The notes below the pieces were generated by a model. It saw only the letters and a list, made by a program, of their open reading frames with translations. It made no database searches and had not been told where the DNA came from. From IMG/VR virus record IMGVR_UViG_3300042523_000478, positions 1-64,000 of that record: a stretch of DNA of 64,000 nucleotides, one strand, 5' to 3'. Numbering within the stretch: position 1 is the first letter of the stretch; each line of letters starts with the position of its first letter. Made by a program: the position numbers and the translations under genes. Shown here one piece after another: positions 9,814 through 20,300 of this stretch. Source of the DNA: a virus.

Positions 9814-12800
9814 ATGAAAAAAACTAAAATAGTTTTAATAAGTTCTTATTGTGATACCAAAGAAAAAATTGATGTTTTAATAAATACCATCAAATCCGTT
9901 AAGAGTTACAATTTAGATGTAATGGTAAATAGTCCTTTACCCTTACCTTCCGATGTGATAAATATGTGTGATTTTTATGTGCAAACAAAAGAAAACCCAT
10001 TACTTAATTGGCCCGAAAAATCTGTTATGTCTTGGGTAAGACATACGGACAAAGATAAAGAAATTGTGATTAAAAGATCTGTAATTGATTATGGGTGGGC
10101 GGGACTTTACCAAACTAAAAAATTATCTGAATATGCTTTAACTTATGACTATGACAGATATTATCATATTATATATGATACGGAAATTGATGATACGGTG
10201 GTTTCTACTTTTTTATCTGATAAAATATGTAACTTTTTTCCATTTCATGAACACAAAGTTAGTTTACATTTAATTGCGTTAGACAGAGAAAACCTATTGA
10301 AATTTTCAAATCTGATTACTTTTGATAGTTACCTTAAATTTAATTGTATAGTTGAGAACTGGCTTTATGATACTCTAATTAATAGTAATCTGGATTATAA
10401 AATTGAATTAGAAAAAATTGATGATTTAATATTATTTCATAAAGACGAAAATTTATTTGATTACTCTGATATTAATGGTTTAGTTTTTTTTATAGTTAAA
10501 GATGTTGTAAATAATGATGAGGTTTGTTTATATTTTTACAATAATAAAGAAAAAATAAATGTTTTAATTACCGTAGATGGTGTCGAGTCCTCTTATGATA
10601 TATCCAATAGGGATATCATTAATTTAGGGTTTAAACCATGCAATATAAAAAATGTTTTAATATCTTATGATGGAATATCATCGGATATAACAGAAAAAAT
10701 AAAAAATATTATCCACAATGTTATTGAAATTATTATGAATAAATCAAAAATTAAACTATTATATCTTACACCACACCTATCAACAGGTGGAATGCCTCAA
10801 TTTGTATTAAAAAGAATTCAAGAACTCCAAAAATACAAAGACCAAATTGAAATATTTTTGGTTGAGTATTCTCAGTTTAGTAACACATACGTTGTCCAAC
10901 GAGATAAAATAATTAATCTATTAGGTGAAGGTCATTTTTTTAGTTTAGGTGATACAACCAACACAAAAAGAAAATATGAGTTAATTGATATTATTAAAAA
11001 CAATGATATTGATATTGTCCATTCTGAAGAAATGTTAGAAGGATTTGAAAGTTTTAATAAAATTCCACTACCATTGTTAAATCAACTTTATTCAAATGAT
11101 AGGTCTTGGAAAATGGTTGAGACTTGTCATAATGTTTGGTTTAATCCGCAAACACATAAAAAGTTCAATCCTGAAGCGTATTGTTTTGTTACCCCTTATC
11201 ATTTAAAGGAAACGTTTTTAAATGAAACACCAATTAAGTTTTTATCGTTATACCCAATTGAGAATAAGGTAACTAAAATTTTAGAGGAGAATGAAATCTA
11301 TGGTGATTTTAATCAAGTACCACTTATTGAAAAAATTAAAGTAAGAAATGAACTTGGTTTGGATATGTTTAAAACTCACGTACTTAATGTTGGGTTATGG
11401 ACAAGTGGTAAAAATCAAGGTGAAGGTGTTGAGGTTGCAAGAGAATTAATTGAATCAAATCCAGATATTGAATTCCATTTTATTGGGAACCAAGCTCCAA
11501 ACTTTGAAGACTATTGGGGTCCAATAATGAATAATTTACCATCAAACGTAAAAGTATGGGGTGAGCGTAATGACGTTGAAAAATTCATGACGGCTTGTGA
11601 TGTTTTAATGTTTAACTCAACTTGGGAATGTAATCCGTTGGTTGTTAGAGAATCAATCAACTATGGAATGAAAATCCTTGCAAGAGATTTACCACAATAC
11701 ATGGGTATGTTTGATGGATATATAACACCAATAGAAGGTGATGTTAAAAACATATCAAAACAATTGGTTGGACTTATCGAAAATAAGGACGTTTATAAAA
11801 TATTACCTGATAATACATTTGGTGAAGATTTATTAAATTTTTATAACGCAGTTACAAATATAAAAATTACCCAAAACAAACCATTAACCAAAGATTATAC
11901 TTTTGTTAGACATTATGTTAATCAACCTTATTTTGAGGTACAAGGAACCACAGAAAACAAATTGAACATTAAATATTATGATGATAACAATAATGTTAAT
12001 TATCAGAACGAATTATCAATTAATAGTTGGGTTAAATTAAATAAAGAATACTTTATTAAATGGAGAACAACGGTTGAAGAAAATGGTGAAATCATTTACG
12101 ATGAGACTTTAAATTTAAAAGATAAACGAGTATATATTTCTTTTGGATCAAAATCATTAGGAGATACAATGGCTTGGATTCCTTATTGTGAGGTATTTAG
12201 AAAAAAACATGGTTGTCAACTTATAGTATCAACATTCCTTAATAGTTTGTTTAAAGACCAATATCCTGATATTGAATTTGTTGAACCTGGTGATTTGGTA
12301 ACTAATATACATGCACAATATAGATTAGGTTGGTTTTACAATGAAGATGGTAAATTTGATGCAAACAAACACCCATTTGATTTTAAGAAAATGCCATTAC
12401 AAAAAACTGCAACCGATATATTAGGTTTAGATTATGAAGAAGTTAGACCACTATTAAAATTACCTGATACACCTAAAAAGAAAAAAGTTGGTATTGGGTT
12501 TCACTCAACTGCACAATCAAAATATTGGAACAACCCTGACGGATGGCAAACAGTTATAGACCATCTTAATAATTTGGGATATGAATGTATGGTCTATTCT
12601 AAAGAAGGTGATGGATATATGAATAACCATTATCCTGAAGGTGTAACAATATTTAAAGGAGGTAACCTACAAGAAGTAATTGATGACCTATCAAGTTGTG
12701 AGTTCTTTATTGGTTTAGGGTCTGGTTTATCTTGGTTGGCTTGGGCTTGTAAATTACCTGTCGTTTTGATTTCAGGATTTAGTGAGAAATGGGCGGAAAC

Positions 12801-14289
12801 AACTTTAGATACATACAGAGTTATTAACGAAAGTGTTTGTCATGGATGTTTTAACTCAGATAGATTAGATGCTGGTGATTGGAATTGGTGTCCACTACAT
12901 AAGAATACGGATCGGATGTTTGAATGTACAAAAGAAATAAGTTCCGATATGGTTATTAAAGAAATAAATAAAATAATTAACAAAGAATTTAATAGTGATT
13001 TAGTTACTATTATATTGTCCCATGCAAACACAAAAGAAAAAAGAAAAATTTTAATAGAACATTTAAAAACAATTAACACAAAAATACTACTATCAACAAA
13101 TTACCCAATTGATGATGAAATTAAAGTTTTATGTGATTACGTCATATATGATGAGGATAACCCAATATTATTGAAGGAGGATTTTAATAAGTATAACGTG
13201 TCTTTTTATTTTTATAGTGTCAGAAAAGGGGTTGAGGTAAGGGAGTCTTTTGATTATGAACATGGGTATGCCGTTTATAAATTAATACAAAATGGATTAA
13301 CTGAATCAAAAAAATTAGGATTTAAATATTCTCATATTATAAATTACGATTATTTAATAAACAAAAATACATTACAAGATAATTATAAATTATTAGAAAA
13401 TTACGATTCCGTATTTTATAGATATAAAAATAAATCATATACGCAAGACTCATACTGTACTGGATTTTTTACAGGAAAAATAGATAAGTTAATTAAACCA
13501 TTTACCCACTATAACACAAAAGACGAATATTATAATTATGACGGGTATAATAAAATATTAGAAATAATAACAAAAGATGCGGTAAAAAAACAAAACTTAA
13601 ATGTTAAAGAACTTTTTTATGAAGATTTAATGGAAACATCAATTGTTAATAGAGTAGACGATAACCACAAAAATAACAAAGAAGTAATGGAAGAAAACGA
13701 ATTCAAAAAAATAAGTGATTATTATAATTGCGATAAAACATCCACACACACATACCATAACGTCTATTCAAAAATATTTGAAGGGATAAGAGATGAGGTA
13801 TTTTCGTTATTAGAAATCGGAATTCATGAGGGAGCATCTTTAAATGTTTGGAGAGACTATTTGAAGAATGCTAATATATATGGTTTAGATATCAATAGGG
13901 AATTTTCACATGATAGGGGTCATATTTTTAAAGGAGACCAAAATAACTTATTTGATTTAGAAAAAATCACATCAGAAATAAAAAGTTGTAAAGTCATAAT
14001 TGATGATGCTTCCCATAATCCACAACATCAAATTAAAACCTTTAATTATCTTTTTGAGAATTTATTAGAAGATGGTGGGTACTATATTATTGAAGACGTT
14101 GAAACGTCGTATTGGGATCCATTATCTGAATTATATGGGTATGAAATTGGTTATTTAAATGTTGTTGATTATTTTAGTAAATTAACACATAATGTTAATT
14201 ACAAATACAATGGATTTAATAATACTTTAAAAATTGAAAGCATTTTATTTACATCAAATTGTATTGTGATAAAAAAATTAATGAAATAA
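9814..14289 (+). CDS. multidomain glycan-modifying enzyme: GT-A-like, GT4, Aah/TibC-like, second GT-A-like and O-methyltransferase domains
   Basis: HLSTGGMPQ...KNQG...CDVLMFNSTWECNPLV (GT4); SLGDTMAW...GLGSGLSWLAW...CHGCFN...CP...EC (Aah/TibC-like); CDK...LLEIGI..GAS...IIDDASH (MycE-like methyltransferase). ATG 9814 preferred over 9796. Confidence 0.8.
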   Translation: MKKTKIVLISSYCDTKEKIDVLINTIKSVKSYNLDVMVNSPLPLPSDVINMCDFYVQTKENPLLNWPEKSVMSWVRHTDKDKEIVIKRSVIDYGWAGLYQTKKLSEYALTYDYDRYYHIIYDTEIDDTVVSTFLSDKICNFFPFHEHKVSLHLIALDRENLLKFSNLITFDSYLKFNCIVENWLYDTLINSNLDYKIELEKIDDLILFHKDENLFDYSDINGLVFFIVKDVVNNDEVCLYFYNNKEKINVLITVDGVESSYDISNRDIINLGFKPCNIKNVLISYDGISSDITEKIKNIIHNVIEIIMNKSKIKLLYLTPHLSTGGMPQFVLKRIQELQKYKDQIEIFLVEYSQFSNTYVVQRDKIINLLGEGHFFSLGDTTNTKRKYELIDIIKNNDIDIVHSEEMLEGFESFNKIPLPLLNQLYSNDRSWKMVETCHNVWFNPQTHKKFNPEAYCFVTPYHLKETFLNETPIKFLSLYPIENKVTKILEENEIYGDFNQVPLIEKIKVRNELGLDMFKTHVLNVGLWTSGKNQGEGVEVARELIESNPDIEFHFIGNQAPNFEDYWGPIMNNLPSNVKVWGERNDVEKFMTACDVLMFNSTWECNPLVVRESINYGMKILARDLPQYMGMFDGYITPIEGDVKNISKQLVGLIENKDVYKILPDNTFGEDLLNFYNAVTNIKITQNKPLTKDYTFVRHYVNQPYFEVQGTTENKLNIKYYDDNNNVNYQNELSINSWVKLNKEYFIKWRTTVEENGEIIYDETLNLKDKRVYISFGSKSLGDTMAWIPYCEVFRKKHGCQLIVSTFLNSLFKDQYPDIEFVEPGDLVTNIHAQYRLGWFYNEDGKFDANKHPFDFKKMPLQKTATDILGLDYEEVRPLLKLPDTPKKKKVGIGFHSTAQSKYWNNPDGWQTVIDHLNNLGYECMVYSKEGDGYMNNHYPEGVTIFKGGNLQEVIDDLSSCEFFIGLGSGLSWLAWACKLPVVLISGFSEKWAETTLDTYRVINESVCHGCFNSDRLDAGDWNWCPLHKNTDRMFECTKEISSDMVIKEINKIINKEFNSDLVTIILSHANTKEKRKILIEHLKTINTKILLSTNYPIDDEIKVLCDYVIYDEDNPILLKEDFNKYNVSFYFYSVRKGVEVRESFDYEHGYAVYKLIQNGLTESKKLGFKYSHIINYDYLINKNTLQDNYKLLENYDSVFYRYKNKSYTQDSYCTGFFTGKIDKLIKPFTHYNTKDEYYNYDGYNKILEIITKDAVKKQNLNVKELFYEDLMETSIVNRVDDNHKNNKEVMEENEFKKISDYYNCDKTSTHTYHNVYSKIFEGIRDEVFSLLEIGIHEGASLNVWRDYLKNANIYGLDINREFSHDRGHIFKGDQNNLFDLEKITSEIKSCKVIIDDASHNPQHQIKTFNYLFENLLEDGGYYIIEDVETSYWDPLSELYGYEIGYLNVVDYFSKLTHNVNYKYNGFNNTLKIESILFTSNCIVIKKLMK

Positions 14290-14326
14290 TAAATGGGATC
14301 TATATAGATAACAGAAAATAAGTTTT

Positions 14327-14354
14327 AACCCTCACCTTTAAAGTGGGGGGGTTT
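14327..14354. terminator. intrinsic terminator between convergent genes
   Basis: aaccctcac-ctttaaa-gtggggggg-ttt hairpin between the stops at 14289 (+) and 14369 (-). Confidence 0.6.
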
Positions 14355-14368
14355 ATATTATAGTTTTA

Positions 14369-17300
14369 TTAAGCGGTTACCGCTCTTATAACTGCGAACG
14401 ATAAAACAATTGCCTGACCCAAATTACCCGTTGTAACATTTCTCACTGAAATAACCGCAGAACCTCCTGATGGAAATGCATTTAAATTGTAAGAAGCGCT
14501 TGTACCAACAGAGGTGTGTTGGAGAACTACAATGTCTGTTGCACCAATCGTAGTATTAGTTAAAGTGAAGGATACCGTTGTGTCGGCGTTCAATGTTGCG
14601 CTGTGCATCACTATTTGTCCTGTTGGTCTACTAAGAGTGACCCCTGTTGATTTACTTGTTAACTGAGTTACAGTTCCACCAGCACCTGTATCGTAACCTA
14701 ATTTTGTCGATGAGCCAATCGAATAAAGATTACCAACTGTTGTTGTTGTGTTTCCAGTATTGATAAATCTAAAACCAGCATTTGAACCGTTAGCACCAAT
14801 AACTAAGTTTTCACCCGTAGTTGAAACCATAGCGGTATCTCCAAGAACACTGTTATTATTGTATCCTCCCGCACTTACATATGGTGAGAAAAGCACACCT
14901 TCACTCGATGCATTAATAATACGAGCACTAATTCCATCAGTAACTCTAGTGCCTGAAGTAACATCTAATGGATATGTGGGCGCACCTGAGCTACCAATTT
15001 GTAAGAAATTATTTATTCCAATATTTCCAGTAGTAAAAATAGACATTCTATTATTACTTCCAAGAACTGCGGTTGCACCATAAGATATGGTAAATGCTTG
15101 GTTGGTGTTATCAATACCAACCGCAACTGAGTTTGTTCCGGTTGACGGTATAAACCTTACAAATGGGTCATTTGTAGCACGGTCTGTCATTGATATGTTT
15201 GGAGATGCACTATCTTTTTCTAACGTTAAAGTTGTACCATCAAATATTGCTCCTGACTCTCCTTGTAGTGTGTTTGCAGTACCTGTGGCAGTAACTAAAT
15301 AATTGTTTGCGTTGGAATTTATTACTACGCTAGCGCCTGAAGTACCGTTGGTACCCGAAGTTCCATTTGTACCTGAAGACCCATTCGTACCACTAGACCC
15401 ATTCGTACCACTAGTTCCATTCGTACCACTAGTTCCATTAGTTCCATTAGTTCCATTAGTCCCATTAGTACCATTTGTTCCTGAAGTACCATTTGTTCCA
15501 TTAGTACCATTAGTACCATTCGTACCTGACGTGCCATCTAGTCCATTAAAGACCCATGAAACAGTATATTCGGCAGTGTCAGTTAACGACCCTGAACCAG
15601 TGACAAAAGTAAGTGATATCTCCCAATATGTGATATTATCTGTTATAACACCAATCTCATAGATTCCAATTACACTATTATTAGATAATTCTGTTATTTG
15701 TAGATAACCTTTATTACCCGCCGATATTAAAGTGTTTAATGAGTCAAACCAATCGTAATAATTTGTTGTATTAATATCCTCAATATTAATAGCAATTGCT
15801 GAAATTGTTGATATTATTTGTGTATCCGCAAGAAAAGTCGTTGAAGAAGGACTTGCAGGTATTGGAAAAGTTCCGTCATAAAACCATCTTCCACTATTTG
15901 ATCCATCATTACCCACTTTTCCAGGATTTCCATTATTTCCTGAAGTTCCATCTGTTCCTGAAGTTCCATCTGTACCTGAAGTTCCTGCCTGTGCCATTAA
16001 TGCCCAATTACCACTAAATGGAGGAGTTGGTATCCCCGTATTACCATTTATTAATGAAATATAAGAACTACCGGCAAATTGAACGACATCATTTATATTG
16101 TAAGTGGACATTAAGTTCCATGAACCTTGCCAATTAAATGAAATGCCACTAGTTCCGTTAGTACCTGATGTTCCATTTGTTCCGTTTGTACCATTTGTTC
16201 CCGAAGTTCCATTAGTTCCTGAAGTTCCATTAGTGCCATTAGTTCCGCTCGTACCATTAGTTCCGTTAGTTCCTGAAGTTCCGTTTGTACCATTAGTCCC
16301 TGAAGTACCATTCGTTCCCGACGTACCATTAGTTCCATTCGTACCTGATGTTCCGTTCGTTCCTGAGGTTCCATTCGTACCATTAGTACCGCTTGAACCA
16401 TTTGTTCCATTAGTACCCGATGTTCCATTTGTTCCTGATGTTCCATTAGTACCATTAGTTCCGTTAGTACCGTTTGTTCCTGATGTACCATTTGTTCCGT
16501 TTGTACCTGAAGATCCGTTAGTACCATTTGTACCACTAGTTCCGTTCGTACCGTTAGTACCTGAAGTTCCATTAGTACCGTTAGTTCCATTCGTACCGTT
16601 AGTACCTGAAGTTCCGTTGGTACCTGATGTGCCGTTAGTTCCCGAAGTTCCATTCGTACCGTTAGTCCCATTGGTTCCACTAGTTCCATTTGTTCCGTTA
16701 GTACCAGATGTTCCATTAGTACCGCTTGTACCATTCGTTCCGTTAGTTCCATTAGTTCCTGAAGTCCCATTAGTACCATTTGTTCCCGAAGTTCCGTTGG
16801 TTCCATTAGTACCTGATGTTCCATTAGTTCCGTTTGTACCATTGGTTCCATTTGTACCATTAGTACCCGATGTTCCGTTAGTCCCATTTGTTCCGCTAGT
16901 ACCATTTGTTCCATTAGTGCCCGATGTACCGTTCGTACCTGAAGACCCATTAGTTCCATTCGTACCGTTTGTTCCCGAAGTTCCGTTGGTGCCTGAAGAT
17001 CCTGAGTCACCATTTACTCCGCTAGTACCATTTGTGCCCGATGTTCCATTAGTACCTGAAGTCCCATTAGTACCATTAGTACCATTAGTTCCCGATGTTC
17101 CATTAGTCCCTGAAGTTCCGCTAGTCCCATTTGTTCCTGAAGTTCCATTAGTTCCCGAAGTACCATTTGTTCCGTTAGTCCCTGAAGTTCCGTTAGTTCC
17201 ATTGGTCCCGCTCGTACCATTTGTACCGCTAGTTCCATTAGTACCCGATGTACCGTTAGTTCCATTCGTTCCGTTTGTACCTGAAGTCCCATTAGTCCCA

Positions 17301-20300
17301 TTCGTTCCATTAGTACCTGACGTACCATTAGTACCATTAGTTCCCGATGTTCCGTTAGTTCCATTGGTCCCTGAAGTTCCATTTGTTCCGCTTGTACCTG
17401 AAGTTCCATTTGTACCTGAAGTCCCATTGGTTCCATTTGTTCCCGAAGTTCCATTAGTACCGTTGGTTCCATTCGTCCCATTTGTTCCTGATGTTCCATT
17501 TGTTCCGTTTGTACCTGAAGTACCATTTGTACCTGAAGTTCCATTTGTACCTGAAGTTCCGGCAGATGTTAATAAATTTGTGCCGACACCCGCAGCACAT
17601 GCGGTTATGTCAAGAAACGCACCTCTTGCAGTACCACCTTGTTCAAAAAACCTAATTCTATTTTGCCATACGTCAAAAGTAACGCCTGCGCCTGCAATGG
17701 TAGTGTTAGTTACAGGTTTACTTAATAGGATTTCTCCACCTTCATCACCAGCCTGATACAATACACTTAATTTTGTACCGTCAAAAGTTAAAAGAGATTC
17801 GGCAACTATTCCACCCGATCCGTTTGAAGTTAGTATTTGGTCGTTTGACCCTGGAACTGTTGGTGATGATCCACTAGTTCCATTGGTTCCGCTCGTACCA
17901 TTAGTACCTGAAGTTCCATTTGTTCCTGATGTTCCATTTGTGCCGTTAGTACCTGATGTACCATTTGTACCTGAGGTACCATTCGTCCCATTAGTACCCG
18001 AAGTTCCATTAGTTCCGCTAGTCCCATTTGTACCATTTGTACCCGAAGTCCCGTTTGTTCCGTTAGTACCATTTGTTCCTGACGTTCCGTTCGTACCATT
18101 AGTACCTGAAGTTCCATTTGTACCCGAAGTTCCGTTTGTACCTGATGTCCCATCAGTTCCATCAACCCCAGAAAGGCCACTAGAACCACTAGACCCACTA
18201 GTACCATTTGTTCCATTCGTTCCCGATGTTCCGTTTGTACCATTAGTCCCTGATGTACCATTTGTTCCATTTGTACCACTAGTTCCGTTGGTACCACTTG
18301 TACCATTCGTACCGTTTGTCCCTGAAGTACCGTTTGTACCACTTGTTCCATTAGTTCCATTTGTGCCTGAAGTACCGTTAGTTCCTGATGTACCATTCGT
18401 TCCGCTAGTACCATTTGTACCATTTGTACCTGACGTACCGTTGGTTCCATTCGTCCCTGAAGTCCCGTTAGTTCCGTTCGTACCATTAGTGCCAGATGTT
18501 CCATTGGTCCCTGACGTTCCGTTGGTACCTGAAGTTCCGTTAGTACCTGAGGTTCCATTCGTACCATTAGTACCTGACGTACCGTTAGTTCCACTCGTAC
18601 CATTTGTTCCTGAAGTTCCGTTAGTACCGTTAGTTCCTGATGTCCCATTTGTCCCTGAAGTTCCGTTGGTACCATTTGTTCCTGACGTTCCATTGGTTCC
18701 TGAAGTACCGTTAGTCCCATTTGTTCCGCTAGTACCATTTGTTCCTGAAGTGCCGTTAGTACCTGAGGTTCCCGATTCTCCATTTACACCACTTGTACCG
18801 TTAGTACCACTTGAACCATTAGTACCATTAGTCCCTGAAGTACCGTTAGTACCAGATGTTCCGTTTGTGCCTGAAGATCCTGAGTCTCCATTTACTCCGC
18901 TAGTACCATTAGTTCCTGAAGTTCCGTTTGTTCCATTAGTTCCATTAGTTCCATTAGTTCCGCTAGTACCATTTGTACCACTAGTCCCATTTGTCCCTGA
19001 TGATCCGTTTGTTCCTGAAGTACCGTTCGTACCATTTGTTCCACTAGTGCCGTCGGTACCTGAAGTTCCATTCGTTCCGTTAGTACCTGATGTACCATTT
19101 GTTCCTGAAGTTCCATTTGTACCGTTGGTACCACTAGTTCCAGAAGTTCCGTTTGTACCTGAAGTTCCATTCGTTCCGTTAGTACCTGACGTTCCATTTG
19201 TTCCGTTTGTACCCGAAGTACCGCTAGTACCATTTGTTCCACTAGTACCGTCGGTACCTGAAGTTCCATTCGTTCCGTTAGTGCCACTAGTACCGTTCGT
19301 ACCGCTAGTACCATTTGTTCCCGATGTTCCGTTAGTACCATTAGTGCCTGAAGTACCATTAGTACCAGATGTTCCGTTTGTACCTGAAGATCCTGAATCA
19401 CCATTTACTCCGCTAGTACCATTTGTGCCCGATGTTCCATTCGTACCGCTAGTACCATTTGTGCCGTTAGTCCCTGACGTTCCATTTGTTCCATTTGTAC
19501 CTGAAGTCCCATTCGTTCCGCTAGTCCCGTTTGTTCCATTCGTTCCGCTAGTTCCGTTTGTTCCACTAGTTCCTGACGTTCCATTTGTTCCTGAAGACCC
19601 TGAGTCACCATTTACTCCGCTTGTGCCGTTAGTACCTGATGTTCCATTTACTCCACTTGTACCATTCGTTCCTGACGTACCGTTAGTTCCTGATGTTCCG
19701 TTTGTACCGCTAGTACCATTTGTACCATTTGTACCCGAAGTTCCATTGGTACCATTTGTTCCGTTGGTGCCTGATGTCCCATTAGTTCCACTAGTTCCAT
19801 TTGTGCCTGAAGATCCTGAGTCTCCACTTACCCCGCTCGTACCATTAGTACCTGAAGTTCCATTAGTACCATTTGTTCCGTTGGTGCCTGATGTCCCAGA
19901 AGTCCCTGATTCCCCATTAACTCCGCTTGTACCATTAGTCCCTGATGTTCCGTTTGTACCGTTAGTTCCTGAAGACCCATTTGTTCCATTAGTGCCGCTA
20001 GTTCCATTTGTTCCATTAGTGCCGCTAGTTCCATTTGTTCCGTTTGTTCCTGATGTTCCATTAGTGCCGCTAGTTCCATTTGTTCCGTTTGTCCCTGATG
20101 TTCCGTTAGTACCATTAGTACCTGATGTTCCATTAGTTCCTGAAGTACCATTTGTACCTGACGTTCCGTTTGTTCCATTAGTTCCCGAAGTTCCGTTTGT
20201 CCCATTTGTTCCGCTAGTACCTGAAGATCCGTTAGTACCATCAGTACCTGATGTTCCATCTGTTCCATTAGTTCCACTTGTACCTGAAGTTCCGTTTACT

